From assembly GCA_965197475.1 (NCBI GenBank), contig CBDANF010000003.1:2080001-2144000 (forward strand): 64,000 nucleotides of DNA, written 5' to 3'. Shown here piece by piece: positions 40,126 through 50,207 of the stretch. Position 1 is the stretch's first letter. Every line of letters starts with the position of its first letter. Made by a program: the position numbers and the translations under genes. The notes beneath the pieces are model-generated. The model worked only from the letters and a program-made list of their open reading frames with translations. It searched no databases and was not told the origin of the DNA. Origin of the DNA: Candidatus Poribacteria bacterium. Its GTDB lineage: Bacteria > Poribacteria > WGA-4E > WGA-3G.

Positions 40126-41917
40126 ATGAATATGACGAATTTTATTCGCACTGGAAATTATAATATAGGAACAATAATTACAGCAAGTGAAGTAGATTAT
40201 CCAGATACAATAGACAATTTAGAGAAATCTTTATGTACTTTCAATTATAAAGTTATTTTGGGATTCCTTGCTTACATAAATCGTCTTCTTCAACTTCGTG
40301 AAAATTTCTTTGATACTGAAAACCTTCTTCGTAATGCATTCTGCTCACCTATTTTGTTGAATGAAATTGATATAAGGAAGGTAACTGGGTCCTGCATTTT
40401 CAATAGAGAATCAACTCTCCGTTTGCTTACTGAAAGTTCACTACATTGTGTGCTTAATTCTGAGAATAATGCTAACATAGTCGATTTAAAAAATGCATTA
40501 GCAAGATGTTTTTTGATTGCGAATGAGTTTATCATGGATAAGGATGTTACTCCGCAACAGAGTTTAGTAGATGATTCAGAAGAGGACCAGGATGAACTCA
40601 AAAAAGATTTGATGATTTGGGGAATTCAAAGTTTGGAAAATAAGATTGACACTTTTCCTTCGCGTAGCTCAGGTGAAATTATAGTTAGATCTTATGAGTT
40701 GTTGTCTTTACTTGAAGAGACAAACTCAAAAATTGATGTCAATAATGTATTTAAACATTCAACAGGATTGACACTAAAAGAATATTTTCATTTAATTTTG
40801 ATTTTAGTAGGAACATACATATTTCGTGAACCTGACGCAATTTTAAAAGGGGAGGGTTTATTTATTGATCCTAAATCACATTCAAATTTAGCTCCTCTGT
40901 ATGAAAAATTGCTTCCACATGTTTGTATTTCTATAGATGATATTACTGATGAAATTATAAAAACAAACATTAAGGGAAACGAGTTCCGCTTATGGCGGAG
41001 TTTTCCCTTGTAAAAGTAAGTGAGAATAGAATTGTTTGTGTTGATATTGCATTTCTTATGGAAAAAGTTCAAACTGGCATTTATGGGTTGTCCTGAAGCA
41101 ACTTAATAAAATTAATAGGCAAAAGGGAAATGATTTTTTATCTTTATGGGGAAATGTATTTGAAAAGTATGCTTCATCAATTATTGAGCGTGGAATTGAT
41201 TCGCATACTCCTACCGTAGAAAAGTGTACTATTAGTCTGACGTACGTGGGTAGAGGAGACACACAGTGTACTGATGTTATGGTTTACGGTGAGGAAACTC
41301 TCATTTTATTGGAATGCAAAGCGACCATCTTATCTGCTGATGCTAAGTTTAGCGGTGATTTTTGCAAATTGCACAGAGAACTCAAAGAAAAAGTTATTGA
41401 AGGTAAGGAATCTAACAAACCAAAAGGTATAAAGCAACTGTGTAATGCGATCCTATCTCTACTTCAGACAGACGAAACCAAAAGGCAAAGCATTGAAGGA
41501 ATAGATATTTCCAAAGTGAAAAGGGTTTACCCAGTTTTAGTCTTTTTTGATCGCGCATTTTCTGCTCCGCTCATGAATTGGTTTTTAAACTCAGAATTTG
41601 AAAGTATGCTTGAGTACCATGACCTTCTGAAGAACGTACAAATTATGGAACTTACGGTTTTAACTGTAGATAACTTAGAACAATTAGAACCATGTTTGCA
41701 TGACTTACCGTTCCATGTCCATTTAGATAATTGGTTAGAACTTTTTAAACAGGACTGTCGACTTGGATTCAAAGCTTATACATATTCATTGCATGAAACG
41801 GAACCTCGTGAAAACCTGTTAATGAAACAAAGATTTGAAGAAATAGTGACTGAGTACTTTGAGTATTTATCTTCACAAGGTATTAACATTAATTCTAATA
41901 CAACTAGTTCACATTAA
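40126..41917 (+). pseudogene. ~597-aa protein with a C-terminal PD-(D/E)XK domain, split by two single-base deletions
   Basis: Frames step 1>3>2 at about 41005 and 41082. The restored read is FPLVKVSENRIVCVDIAFLMEKVQTGI.WVVLKQ..LWGNVFEKY..TDVMV..LLECKA. Confidence 0.75.
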
Positions 41918-42043
41918 ATTCGTTATTTGTAGTGGAATTTGCTGCTACGTCATGAAAATTGTATTAGGAAAACGTAATTTCCCATAATAATATAATTAGA
42001 CAAAAATTTGACTCGTCTAATTAAATATACTATACTTTTGCCA

Positions 42044-43024
42044 ATGAATAATTTTAGTTTCATTGACCTCTTTGCTGGAATCGGTGGAATTCGTATTCCA
42101 TTTGAAAAATTGGGTGGAACGTGTGTATTTAGTTCCGAGTGGGATAAACATGCGCAACAAACTTACAAACGTAATTTTGGTGAAACCCCTGCTGGTGACA
42201 TTACCAAAATTGACGAAGTCGATATCCCGGACCACGATGTTTTACTGGCCGGTTTTCCCTGCCAACCTTTTAGTATTATTGGGGATAAACAGGGTTTTGA
42301 AGACACACGCGGCACGTTGTTTTTTGACATCGCTCGAATTTTGAACCAGAAACAACCGAGGGCGTTTCTCCTTGAAAATGTCAAGCAGCTGCTCACCCAT
42401 GATAATGGACGAACCTGTGCTATTATACAGGAACAACTTTCGTTGCTTGGTTATACTACTTATCATGCAGTGTTGAATGCTTTGGACTTTGGATTGCCAC
42501 AGAAACGGGAACGGATTTTTATTGTCGGCTTTCGAAAACCGATTGCGTTTTATTTCCCAAAAGGGACTGGCATGTACACACCTCTGTCAGAGATTCTTGA
42601 ACCTGATGAAGATATTGATCCTAGTTTGTTTGCATCAGCGAGAATCTGTGAATCGAGACGTGAGAAGTGCAAGAGGGAACCGTTTTACCCTTCAATTTGG
42701 CATGAAAACAAGGGTGGTAACATTTCTGTGTTACCTTATTCGTGTGCGTTAAGGGCGGGAGCTTCCTATAATTATCTTTTAGTCAACGGTGTTCGACGTC
42801 CTTCTCCGAGAGAACTCCTGCGACTACAAGGCTTTCCTGAAGATTTTGAAATTGTAGGGAATACTACACAATTTAGGAAACAAATTGGAAATAGTGTAGC
42901 TATTCCTGTAGTTGATGCCATCGCGCAAAAAATGTTGGAAGCATTACATGAACATAAATCTGCAATTTTATACGGAGAACAATTATCTCTATTAGAAAAT
43001 AGTAGTAATATACACAATGAATAA
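42044..43024 (+). CDS. dcm: C5 DNA cytosine methyltransferase
   Basis: DLFAGIGG, GFPCQPFS, ENV, PQKRERIF, RLQGFP and QIGNSV motifs. Confidence 0.96.
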   Translation: MNNFSFIDLFAGIGGIRIPFEKLGGTCVFSSEWDKHAQQTYKRNFGETPAGDITKIDEVDIPDHDVLLAGFPCQPFSIIGDKQGFEDTRGTLFFDIARILNQKQPRAFLLENVKQLLTHDNGRTCAIIQEQLSLLGYTTYHAVLNALDFGLPQKRERIFIVGFRKPIAFYFPKGTGMYTPLSEILEPDEDIDPSLFASARICESRREKCKREPFYPSIWHENKGGNISVLPYSCALRAGASYNYLLVNGVRRPSPRELLRLQGFPEDFEIVGNTTQFRKQIGNSVAIPVVDAIAQKMLEALHEHKSAILYGEQLSLLENSSNIHNE

Positions 43025-44078
43025 CAAAACTGCTAAAAAGCAGCTTGATACCATTATTAATAGAGCTAGGGTTCATTTTTACAAACCCATACAAATTGCA
43101 GAAATACTTCAGAGAGATAGGACAGAAGGTGATATTGATCTACATAATTTGGATACCTATCGAACACCCTCAAAAAAATGGCGAGATGAGATTTCACTTA
43201 GGTTTGTTGGAAATATCTCTACTTCAAGTTCAAGATTTCAAGACAATCTTTTTGAATCCAATGCCACACCACCAGAAGTTTTGGTGCAATTAGGAAAATT
43301 AAATAGAGACAGTAATGGAGCAGTTGAAGCTTATATTTATAATGCTTTAAAAAACCGATTATCTCAAATGTTTGCAGGATTATCTTATGTCTTAAAGTCC
43401 GGTCGAAAATCTTTTGTCCTAAGTAAGTTTATTGAGCAATTTACGCGAAATCCTGGACTTTCCCGCAGTATTGATAAGATATATGAGATAGTGGTTTATG
43501 CATTGTTTTCAACACTGCTGGAAGTATTAGAAGTTAATATCGGAGTAAAAATCAACAACATCAATAATACGATTCTTAAAGAGTTTTCTGATTTCGCTCA
43601 GAAGGTTCTAGGACTGTCTGAAGAGATACCAGAGATATATCAAACAGCTAAGGTTTTTCGGGTAGGTGTAACAAACGCTGCTGACAGAGGTCTTGATATG
43701 TGGGCAAACTTTGGTGTTGCTATACAGATAAAACACATCTCCTTAACGCATACGGTAATCGAAAACATAAGTAATGAAATTACTGCTGATCGTATAATAA
43801 TTGTCTGCAAGGAATCCGAAAAAGATGTACTTGTGTCTGTCCTTAAACAGTTTGGGAGTGCAAGTCGAATTCAGAGTGTGATAACTTTGGATGAGCTTGA
43901 TGCATGGTATGAAAAAGCCTTACGGGGACAATCATCTGATTTAATCGGTGATAAGATATTACAGAAACTTGCCGACGAAATAAAGATTGAATTTCCTTCA
44001 ACTACTTCAGAATTTGTCGATTTTTTCAATGAACGGGGATATGACAAACTTTCCGATGTTGACTTTTGGCATGCTTAA
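43017..44078 (+). CDS. Type II restriction endonuclease, HaeII family
   Basis: RVHFYKPIQIAEIL, TSSSRFQDNLF and TNAADRGLDMWANFG.AIQIKH motifs. Overlaps the MTase stop. Confidence 0.85.
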   Translation: MNNKTAKKQLDTIINRARVHFYKPIQIAEILQRDRTEGDIDLHNLDTYRTPSKKWRDEISLRFVGNISTSSSRFQDNLFESNATPPEVLVQLGKLNRDSNGAVEAYIYNALKNRLSQMFAGLSYVLKSGRKSFVLSKFIEQFTRNPGLSRSIDKIYEIVVYALFSTLLEVLEVNIGVKINNINNTILKEFSDFAQKVLGLSEEIPEIYQTAKVFRVGVTNAADRGLDMWANFGVAIQIKHISLTHTVIENISNEITADRIIIVCKESEKDVLVSVLKQFGSASRIQSVITLDELDAWYEKALRGQSSDLIGDKILQKLADEIKIEFPSTTSEFVDFFNERGYDKLSDVDFWHA

Positions 44079-44102
44079 ATTCACAACAGTACGGTCCTCA
44101 TT

Positions 44103-45071
44103 ATGAAATATAAATCAAGCACATCGCTCCTTATCTCATTTGCTTTACATCTCATTGTTGGCATAATCGGATTCTTTTACTGGTTTAGCGTTGTACCAAG
44201 CCACAATGCAGACAGCATTGATGCAATCTTCACTGATGTGGAACCGCCGAAAACCAAACGGATAACACCTCCAAAACGTCCCCAAATCCGTAAACAAACC
44301 ACACAGAGTACGAATCAGCCACAGATGAAGATATTAACGAGCAACCAACCCGCGACACAACGTGGTGTTGTTTCAGCCGCCGAACCAACCGAATTTCAAC
44401 CCTTTGAAAAAGTCAATTTAAGTGACGGCGTAGCACCCGGTCCGGCTTCTATAGAATTCAAAGGCGCGCCACGTATACAGAGAGGCGTAGAAACACCTGT
44501 CAAGAAACAGCCAAAAACGCCAAGTCGTTTTAAAAGTCGGTTGGTAAAATTCATTGAGGCACAAGAGGGACCACAGCGCATTGTTTACTGTGTTGACCTG
44601 TCGAACAGCATGCAGAACTGGCAAGAACGGAAACTGAAAAAGATCGTGGACATCTTGCGGGATTCGCTGACCTTCCTTGAACCGCATGATAGTTTTAACA
44701 TCATGGCATTTAGCACCGAGTTAGTTGTCTATCAGGACAAATTTGTTCCTGTAACTGAAGCGGCAGTGGATGCTTCGTCAGCGTATTTAGCGGACATAAA
44801 ATCGCACATCCATACAAAAGGCACCGACCACGACATGTTTTCTGCGTTGACAGAAATAGCAAAAACATCTCCCACGATCGTTGTTCTCTTTAGCGATGGA
44901 ATCCCCACGAGTATTTCTGCACCAGACCTTACGTTAGTAGGTGAACATGCAAAAGGGAACGGAAAGATTTTCGCGATAGGCATCGGCATGGCACCAAATT
45001 TCCCGGGTGCAGTGATGCTGAAGCAGCTAAGTATTGTCAGTAAGGGTGATTTTTGGCTCGTTGATAGATAA
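44103..45071 (+). CDS. Membrane-anchored VWA domain protein with a Pro-rich linker
   Basis: N-terminal S..LH TM segment, MIDAS DLSNS ... T ... FSDG. Confidence 0.85.
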   Translation: MKYKSSTSLLISFALHLIVGIIGFFYWFSVVPSHNADSIDAIFTDVEPPKTKRITPPKRPQIRKQTTQSTNQPQMKILTSNQPATQRGVVSAAEPTEFQPFEKVNLSDGVAPGPASIEFKGAPRIQRGVETPVKKQPKTPSRFKSRLVKFIEAQEGPQRIVYCVDLSNSMQNWQERKLKKIVDILRDSLTFLEPHDSFNIMAFSTELVVYQDKFVPVTEAAVDASSAYLADIKSHIHTKGTDHDMFSALTEIAKTSPTIVVLFSDGIPTSISAPDLTLVGEHAKGNGKIFAIGIGMAPNFPGAVMLKQLSIVSKGDFWLVDR

Positions 45072-45109
45072 ATATCAGATTAAAACGCCCATACAAGAAG
45101 GAAAACCGC

Positions 45110-46933
45110 ATGCAGCACTCAGAATTTAAACGTGCTGAAGATATTGCTAAAGGGTTGTTTCCACATCAAGTAGAAGGTATTGCGTTTTTGCTGGGCCGTC
45201 GTCGCGCACTCCTTGCCGATGATATGGGGTTGGGAAAAACACGTCAGTCCGTCATTGCAATGGTTGAAGCAGAACCGGTTGGTCCCTATTTGGTTATCTG
45301 TCCTGCTTCTATAAAACGAAACTGGGCACGTGAAATTGAAATCGTGCTTCCAAATGCAGAACCTGCCATCGCTGGTCCCAAACCACTGCCTCCCACAGAT
45401 TTCCAAGACTGGGTTATAATCAACTATGAAATCCTCGGTAAAAACTTGGATAAACTACTTGAATTTGATTGGAAAGGTGTCGTTTTTGACGAAGCACATT
45501 ACCTGAAAAATTACCAGAGTCAACGCAGCCAAAACGGTGCCAAACTTGTACAATCCATTAAGAATGATCCAGTAGTCCATGCCCTAACAGGTACCCCGAT
45601 GACAAGCCGACCTCGTGATCTTTTCCCAATTCTGCAATTGGTTGATCATGCGCTGGGAAAGAGTTTTCTCAGTTTTGCGAAACGTTATTGTGATGCATAT
45701 CAAGGAGATTTCGGGTTAGTCGCAGATGGTGCAAGCAATATTGAAGAGTTAACCGTGCAACTACACGGTATCATGCTACGCCGCACAAAGGATGAGGTTT
45801 TAGACCTACCACCGAAGGTGCGAACATGGATGGACGTTGAACTGCACCCTTATGCGATCCAGCACTATAATCGATTAGTACAAGAATTCCTATCTAAATT
45901 TGAGACACCAGAAGCTATTGGTGGATTACCGGAATCTCTGGAACTATCATCAGAATCCCGCGAAGAATTAGATGAATCGATAGACACTACTGATTTAGGA
46001 AGTGGAATGGGTAGGATAACCCAAGTGCGTCGAGCAATTGCATTTGTCAAATGCCGTCACACTATTAAATTCGTGGAAAATGCGTTGGAACAAGGTGAAA
46101 AAGTAATTATCTTCACATCCTTCCTCAATACGATGCAGCGTTTCCGAAAGCATTTTAAGGGCAGAGCGGTGTATGTTTCAGGTGCTGTTCCAACACATGA
46201 GAGGCAGGATCGGGTTGATCGATTTCAAAACGATGACGACATCAAACTATTCATCGCCAACATGCACATCGCAGGGGTAGGCATAAATCTTACCGCAGCT
46301 CGGCAGGTCGTCTTCAACGACTTAGATTGGGTGCCAGCAAACCATTGGCAAGCAGAGGATCGCGCCTATCGCATTGGTCAAACAGGGACTGTAAATGTCA
46401 CCTATATGGTCGCTAACGGAACGATCGATACGTTCGTCAAAACAGTATTGGAAACAAAGGCAGCATTGATGGATTCGATCATTGAAGGATCAATACTATT
46501 CCCGGGCGGAGAGGCAGCACTTCAGTTGGATGTCCTCAGCGAACTCAAGCGGATGATGAATGCACTGTCTGTCCAAACGACTGAACTTAAGGAATCAAAA
46601 ATCCATGATGTACTTCAGAAAGCAGGCGATGCGTATCTTGAAGAGAACGCATCACATCTCCAAGAAGCAACCCGAAAGCAGCTCCGTCCATATTCCGAAG
46701 AACCCATCCGTATTTTACCACAAGTCCTCTCCGGTCCTCAGCGAACCGTTTATCATGCCGAAAGTTCATCAAAAAAGGGAAAGTTTTACACGTTGGAGGT
46801 AGTCGGTGCGGATATAACCTGTGATTGCCCTGGGTTCACGTATCGCGGCAGTTGCCGACATGTCCGTCCCCTAAAATCTGCCATCGTCGCAGACAAGCCA
46901 TTGCCAAAAGGGTATAAGGAAGTCACATTGTAG
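45110..46933 (+). CDS. SNF2-family helicase (SMARCAL1-like) with a C-terminal SWIM zinc finger
   Basis: LADDMGLGKT, DEAH, TGTP and QAEDRAYRIGQ motifs, C-terminal CDCPGFTYRGSCRH. Confidence 0.9.
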   Translation: MQHSEFKRAEDIAKGLFPHQVEGIAFLLGRRRALLADDMGLGKTRQSVIAMVEAEPVGPYLVICPASIKRNWAREIEIVLPNAEPAIAGPKPLPPTDFQDWVIINYEILGKNLDKLLEFDWKGVVFDEAHYLKNYQSQRSQNGAKLVQSIKNDPVVHALTGTPMTSRPRDLFPILQLVDHALGKSFLSFAKRYCDAYQGDFGLVADGASNIEELTVQLHGIMLRRTKDEVLDLPPKVRTWMDVELHPYAIQHYNRLVQEFLSKFETPEAIGGLPESLELSSESREELDESIDTTDLGSGMGRITQVRRAIAFVKCRHTIKFVENALEQGEKVIIFTSFLNTMQRFRKHFKGRAVYVSGAVPTHERQDRVDRFQNDDDIKLFIANMHIAGVGINLTAARQVVFNDLDWVPANHWQAEDRAYRIGQTGTVNVTYMVANGTIDTFVKTVLETKAALMDSIIEGSILFPGGEAALQLDVLSELKRMMNALSVQTTELKESKIHDVLQKAGDAYLEENASHLQEATRKQLRPYSEEPIRILPQVLSGPQRTVYHAESSSKKGKFYTLEVVGADITCDCPGFTYRGSCRHVRPLKSAIVADKPLPKGYKEVTL

Positions 46934-46954
46934 GCACCGAATACTATACACGTA

Positions 46955-47414
46955 TTGACGGTTGAAAAGGACACGGTTGGATACAAACACGCACGCTTAC
47001 TGCCAGCACCGCCCTCACAGACTATTTGGCATGCCCGGGGCTTGCACAAGTGTATCAATACTGATGTGAACGCACGCATACCCGCACAGGAAAACAACAC
47101 ATTGGATACAATATGGGATAACAAGTTTGCCACCAGAAGACGGCTCCGCAGCACGACTTTTGACACTATGGCGTGGACATTGGGCAATAGAGAACTTGGC
47201 GCATTGCACAAAGGATATGCTATTTGGTGAGGATGCTTCGCAAGTGCGGTGTGGTAGTATTCCACAAGTAATGTGTGCATTACGAAATGCGGTGATCAGT
47301 CTTTCGCGCACATCTGGATACACTGAAATAGCATATTCACTCCGATATTTTGCCGCACATCCAGAACAAGCACTCAAACTCATTGGAATAAATATTGACA
47401 ATTGAATGCCTCTG
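46955..47414 (+). mobile_element. ISAs1-family transposase 3' remnant with its right end
   Basis: Frameshifted GHGWIQTR, HWAIEN..H..KDMLFGED..LRNAV motifs, terminal acaattgaatgcctctg. Confidence 0.85.
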
Positions 47415-47432
47415 GATGAATCATAGATTCCT

Positions 47433-47462
47433 TTGACATCACGACATATTTCGTGGTATATT
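47433..47462 (+). promoter_or_regulatory. sigma70-type promoter upstream of recJ
   Basis: TTGACA-18 bp-TATATT with TGn extension. The spacer contains the palindrome cacga-N6-tcgtg. Confidence 0.6.
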
Positions 47463-47627
47463 ATTTATGATAGATTAACAATTAACGATTCACCGTCCAT
47501 CGGCGCGCTTACCAGTAGGTGTCTACTTATTTTCATATTTCACCATAAAAGATGGCATCCTACGAACAAATGACACGGATTTTCGCATTCGTTGCTGCAA
47601 AATGCACACATAAGAGAGTTGGATTTA

Positions 47628-50207
47628 ATGAAACTGCATCCTTCCAAAATATGGCAATACCAAAACCCTGATATTGATATAAGTCTTACGCTTGCGGCAG
47701 GACTCGGTATTACACCTTTGGTCGCGCGCCTTCTTGTCAATCGTGGAATTAAGACAGTCGAGGAAGGGAAAACCTATCTCCACCCAACGTATGCTGACCT
47801 ACACTCTCCGTTTGATATGGCAGATATGGGAAAAGCAGTTGAACGAATTCGACAAGCAATAAAGAAAGGCGAACAGATATACATTTATGGTGATTATGAC
47901 GCGGATGGTACAACAGCAACCGCGCTTTTAGTAAACGCATTTCGCTTTATCGATTTTCCGGTAAAATACTATATTCCACATCGATACCTTGAAGGCTACG
48001 GTCTCAATAAAGCTGCAGTTGGAGATATTCATAAAAATGGTTGCTCATTAATGATTACCGTTGATTGCGGTATCACTTCAGTTGACGAGATTAAACTTGC
48101 AAATGAACTCGGTATGGATGTGATTCTCACCGATCACCATCAACCGCCTGAAAATGATCCGCCCCCAGCTTACGCTATCATTTCACCGAAAGTGCCCGGA
48201 AATGAATACCCCTACACAGATTTAGCAGGTGTCGGATTAGCCTTCAAACTTGCACAAGGGTTGATAGACGATGAACCATTTCTCACTTCACTGCTTGATC
48301 TCGTTGTGTTAGGAACAGTTGTAGATATCGCACCGCTCACAGGCGAAAACCGAACGTTAAGCCGACTCGGGTTGGCAGAAATCAATAAGCAGCAACGTAT
48401 CGGTATTCAGAAACTGTGTGGGATCGCGAGTCTTAAAGACAAGCCGCTTGTTGGTCGATCTCTCTCATTCGGTTTGGGACCTCGACTAAATGCAGCCGGA
48501 CGACTGGATACAGCAAAAAAAGTAGTGGAACTGTTGACAACCGAGTCAAGTGAAATCGCAGCGCAGCGCGCAAACGAATTAGATACCTGCAATCAAAACC
48601 GAAAAAATATCGAAAATGAGATCCAGGAAAGTGCTGTCGCGCTTCTTAACAAAGATGAAAATCTTGAACAGACGAAAGGATTAGTCGTTGCGAGTGACGC
48701 ATGGAACAAACAGGCACAAGGTGTCGTTGGTATTGTCGCATCGCGGTTACTTGAACAGTATTACCGTCCTATTTTTGTTCTTGCCATAGATGGTGATGAA
48801 GCAACTGGATCAGGGCGTTGTATTGATGGGATGAATCTCGCTGATAGTTTGAATAGCTGCGCCAAATTGCTTATTAGACACGGAGGACACAAAGCCGCAG
48901 CAGGGCTCACACTGAAAACTGCGAATATCCCTAAATTTAAGAAAGCATTCAACGAATTTGCATGCGAAAATCTCTCTGACACTGATTTGATCCCTAAACT
49001 CGCTCTGGATTTTGAAACAGATCTCTCGTCTCTAACGTTAGAAACCTTAGAACAGTTTGAAATATTGGAACCGTTTGGCGCAGAGAATTCCACACCACGT
49101 TTTGTAAGTAAGGGTTTGTCAATTAAAGGGCAACCCTCCCTGATGGGAAAAGAGAAGCAACACATCTCAATGTTTATTGGGGACGAGTCAACTCAAAAAA
49201 GAACAATCGGTTGGCGGAAAGCCCAACACGTAACGACACTTAGAAGACCCGACATTGCATTAGATATCGCATTTTCGCCAGAGATCAATGATTTCAACAA
49301 TACTCGTTCTGTCCAACTCATCCTTGAAGAGTTTCATATTCAGACAGCAGAACGTGCGCCGAACCTAACGATATTTCCACCAACTGACACTCCTTCGCTT
49401 GGAAGAGTCGTGGACCAGCGCAACAAAAATAAAAAGGATTGCCTTTTGTCTTTGCTAAACAAGGATGCACCGTGTATAATATATGTATTGAACACTGAGA
49501 AGATGAACCTGTTGTTGACAAGCGTTATTCCCGAAAAAGCATCAATAATTGGCACACATGATGAGACAACCACGGAGGCAGCAGAAATTGAACTGTTAGA
49601 AAAAATTAGAAATGGTGAACTCAATGGAGTTGTTTCCTCCGCCAGGTTTTCGTCAGCTTCCTTGGAAGCCGTTCCTGTTGTAGAACATATCGTCTTCTGT
49701 CATTTGACTGCACAACCCGGAGATTTTTTCATGCGGTGTAAACCTGCAGCAAATGCCCAAAATACGACATTCCTTCATCTACTTTACAATACAGAATCAG
49801 ATGTGGGGTTGCTGCAGGAGTGGTTAGATAGCACATATCCTGACAGGAAGTCGCTCAGTGTGCTTTACCGAAAATTGCAAGAAACAGCCAGCACAGATTT
49901 TATCAGTTCGGAAACACTTACAGATACGCTTGAGGGCACTTCAAAGCAGGCGGTCGAAACCGGGTTAACTATTTTTGAAGAATTAGCGTTACTTGAAAGA
50001 AATACGGAGTCTGGACAACAGTATGTTAGACTTTTGCCAAACCGTAAAAGTAATTTGGACAGGTCAAAAACCTATCTAAAATGTCAATGGTTAAAGCAGA
50101 AAAGCCAAGAGTTTCTGAAATTCCAACTTCAGGAAAACACCCCACAAATTTGGGAGCGCATAAAAGATGAGTGTGGAATCCCTAATTCAAAAAATTCAGA
50201 GACATAA
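47628..50207 (+). CDS. recJ: ssDNA exonuclease RecJ with a long C-terminal extension
   Basis: GDYDADG, TVDCG, TDHH, GPRLNAAGRL, GSGR and GGHKAAAG motifs. Confidence 0.95.
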   Translation: MKLHPSKIWQYQNPDIDISLTLAAGLGITPLVARLLVNRGIKTVEEGKTYLHPTYADLHSPFDMADMGKAVERIRQAIKKGEQIYIYGDYDADGTTATALLVNAFRFIDFPVKYYIPHRYLEGYGLNKAAVGDIHKNGCSLMITVDCGITSVDEIKLANELGMDVILTDHHQPPENDPPPAYAIISPKVPGNEYPYTDLAGVGLAFKLAQGLIDDEPFLTSLLDLVVLGTVVDIAPLTGENRTLSRLGLAEINKQQRIGIQKLCGIASLKDKPLVGRSLSFGLGPRLNAAGRLDTAKKVVELLTTESSEIAAQRANELDTCNQNRKNIENEIQESAVALLNKDENLEQTKGLVVASDAWNKQAQGVVGIVASRLLEQYYRPIFVLAIDGDEATGSGRCIDGMNLADSLNSCAKLLIRHGGHKAAAGLTLKTANIPKFKKAFNEFACENLSDTDLIPKLALDFETDLSSLTLETLEQFEILEPFGAENSTPRFVSKGLSIKGQPSLMGKEKQHISMFIGDESTQKRTIGWRKAQHVTTLRRPDIALDIAFSPEINDFNNTRSVQLILEEFHIQTAERAPNLTIFPPTDTPSLGRVVDQRNKNKKDCLLSLLNKDAPCIIYVLNTEKMNLLLTSVIPEKASIIGTHDETTTEAAEIELLEKIRNGELNGVVSSARFSSASLEAVPVVEHIVFCHLTAQPGDFFMRCKPAANAQNTTFLHLLYNTESDVGLLQEWLDSTYPDRKSLSVLYRKLQETASTDFISSETLTDTLEGTSKQAVETGLTIFEELALLERNTESGQQYVRLLPNRKSNLDRSKTYLKCQWLKQKSQEFLKFQLQENTPQIWERIKDECGIPNSKNSET

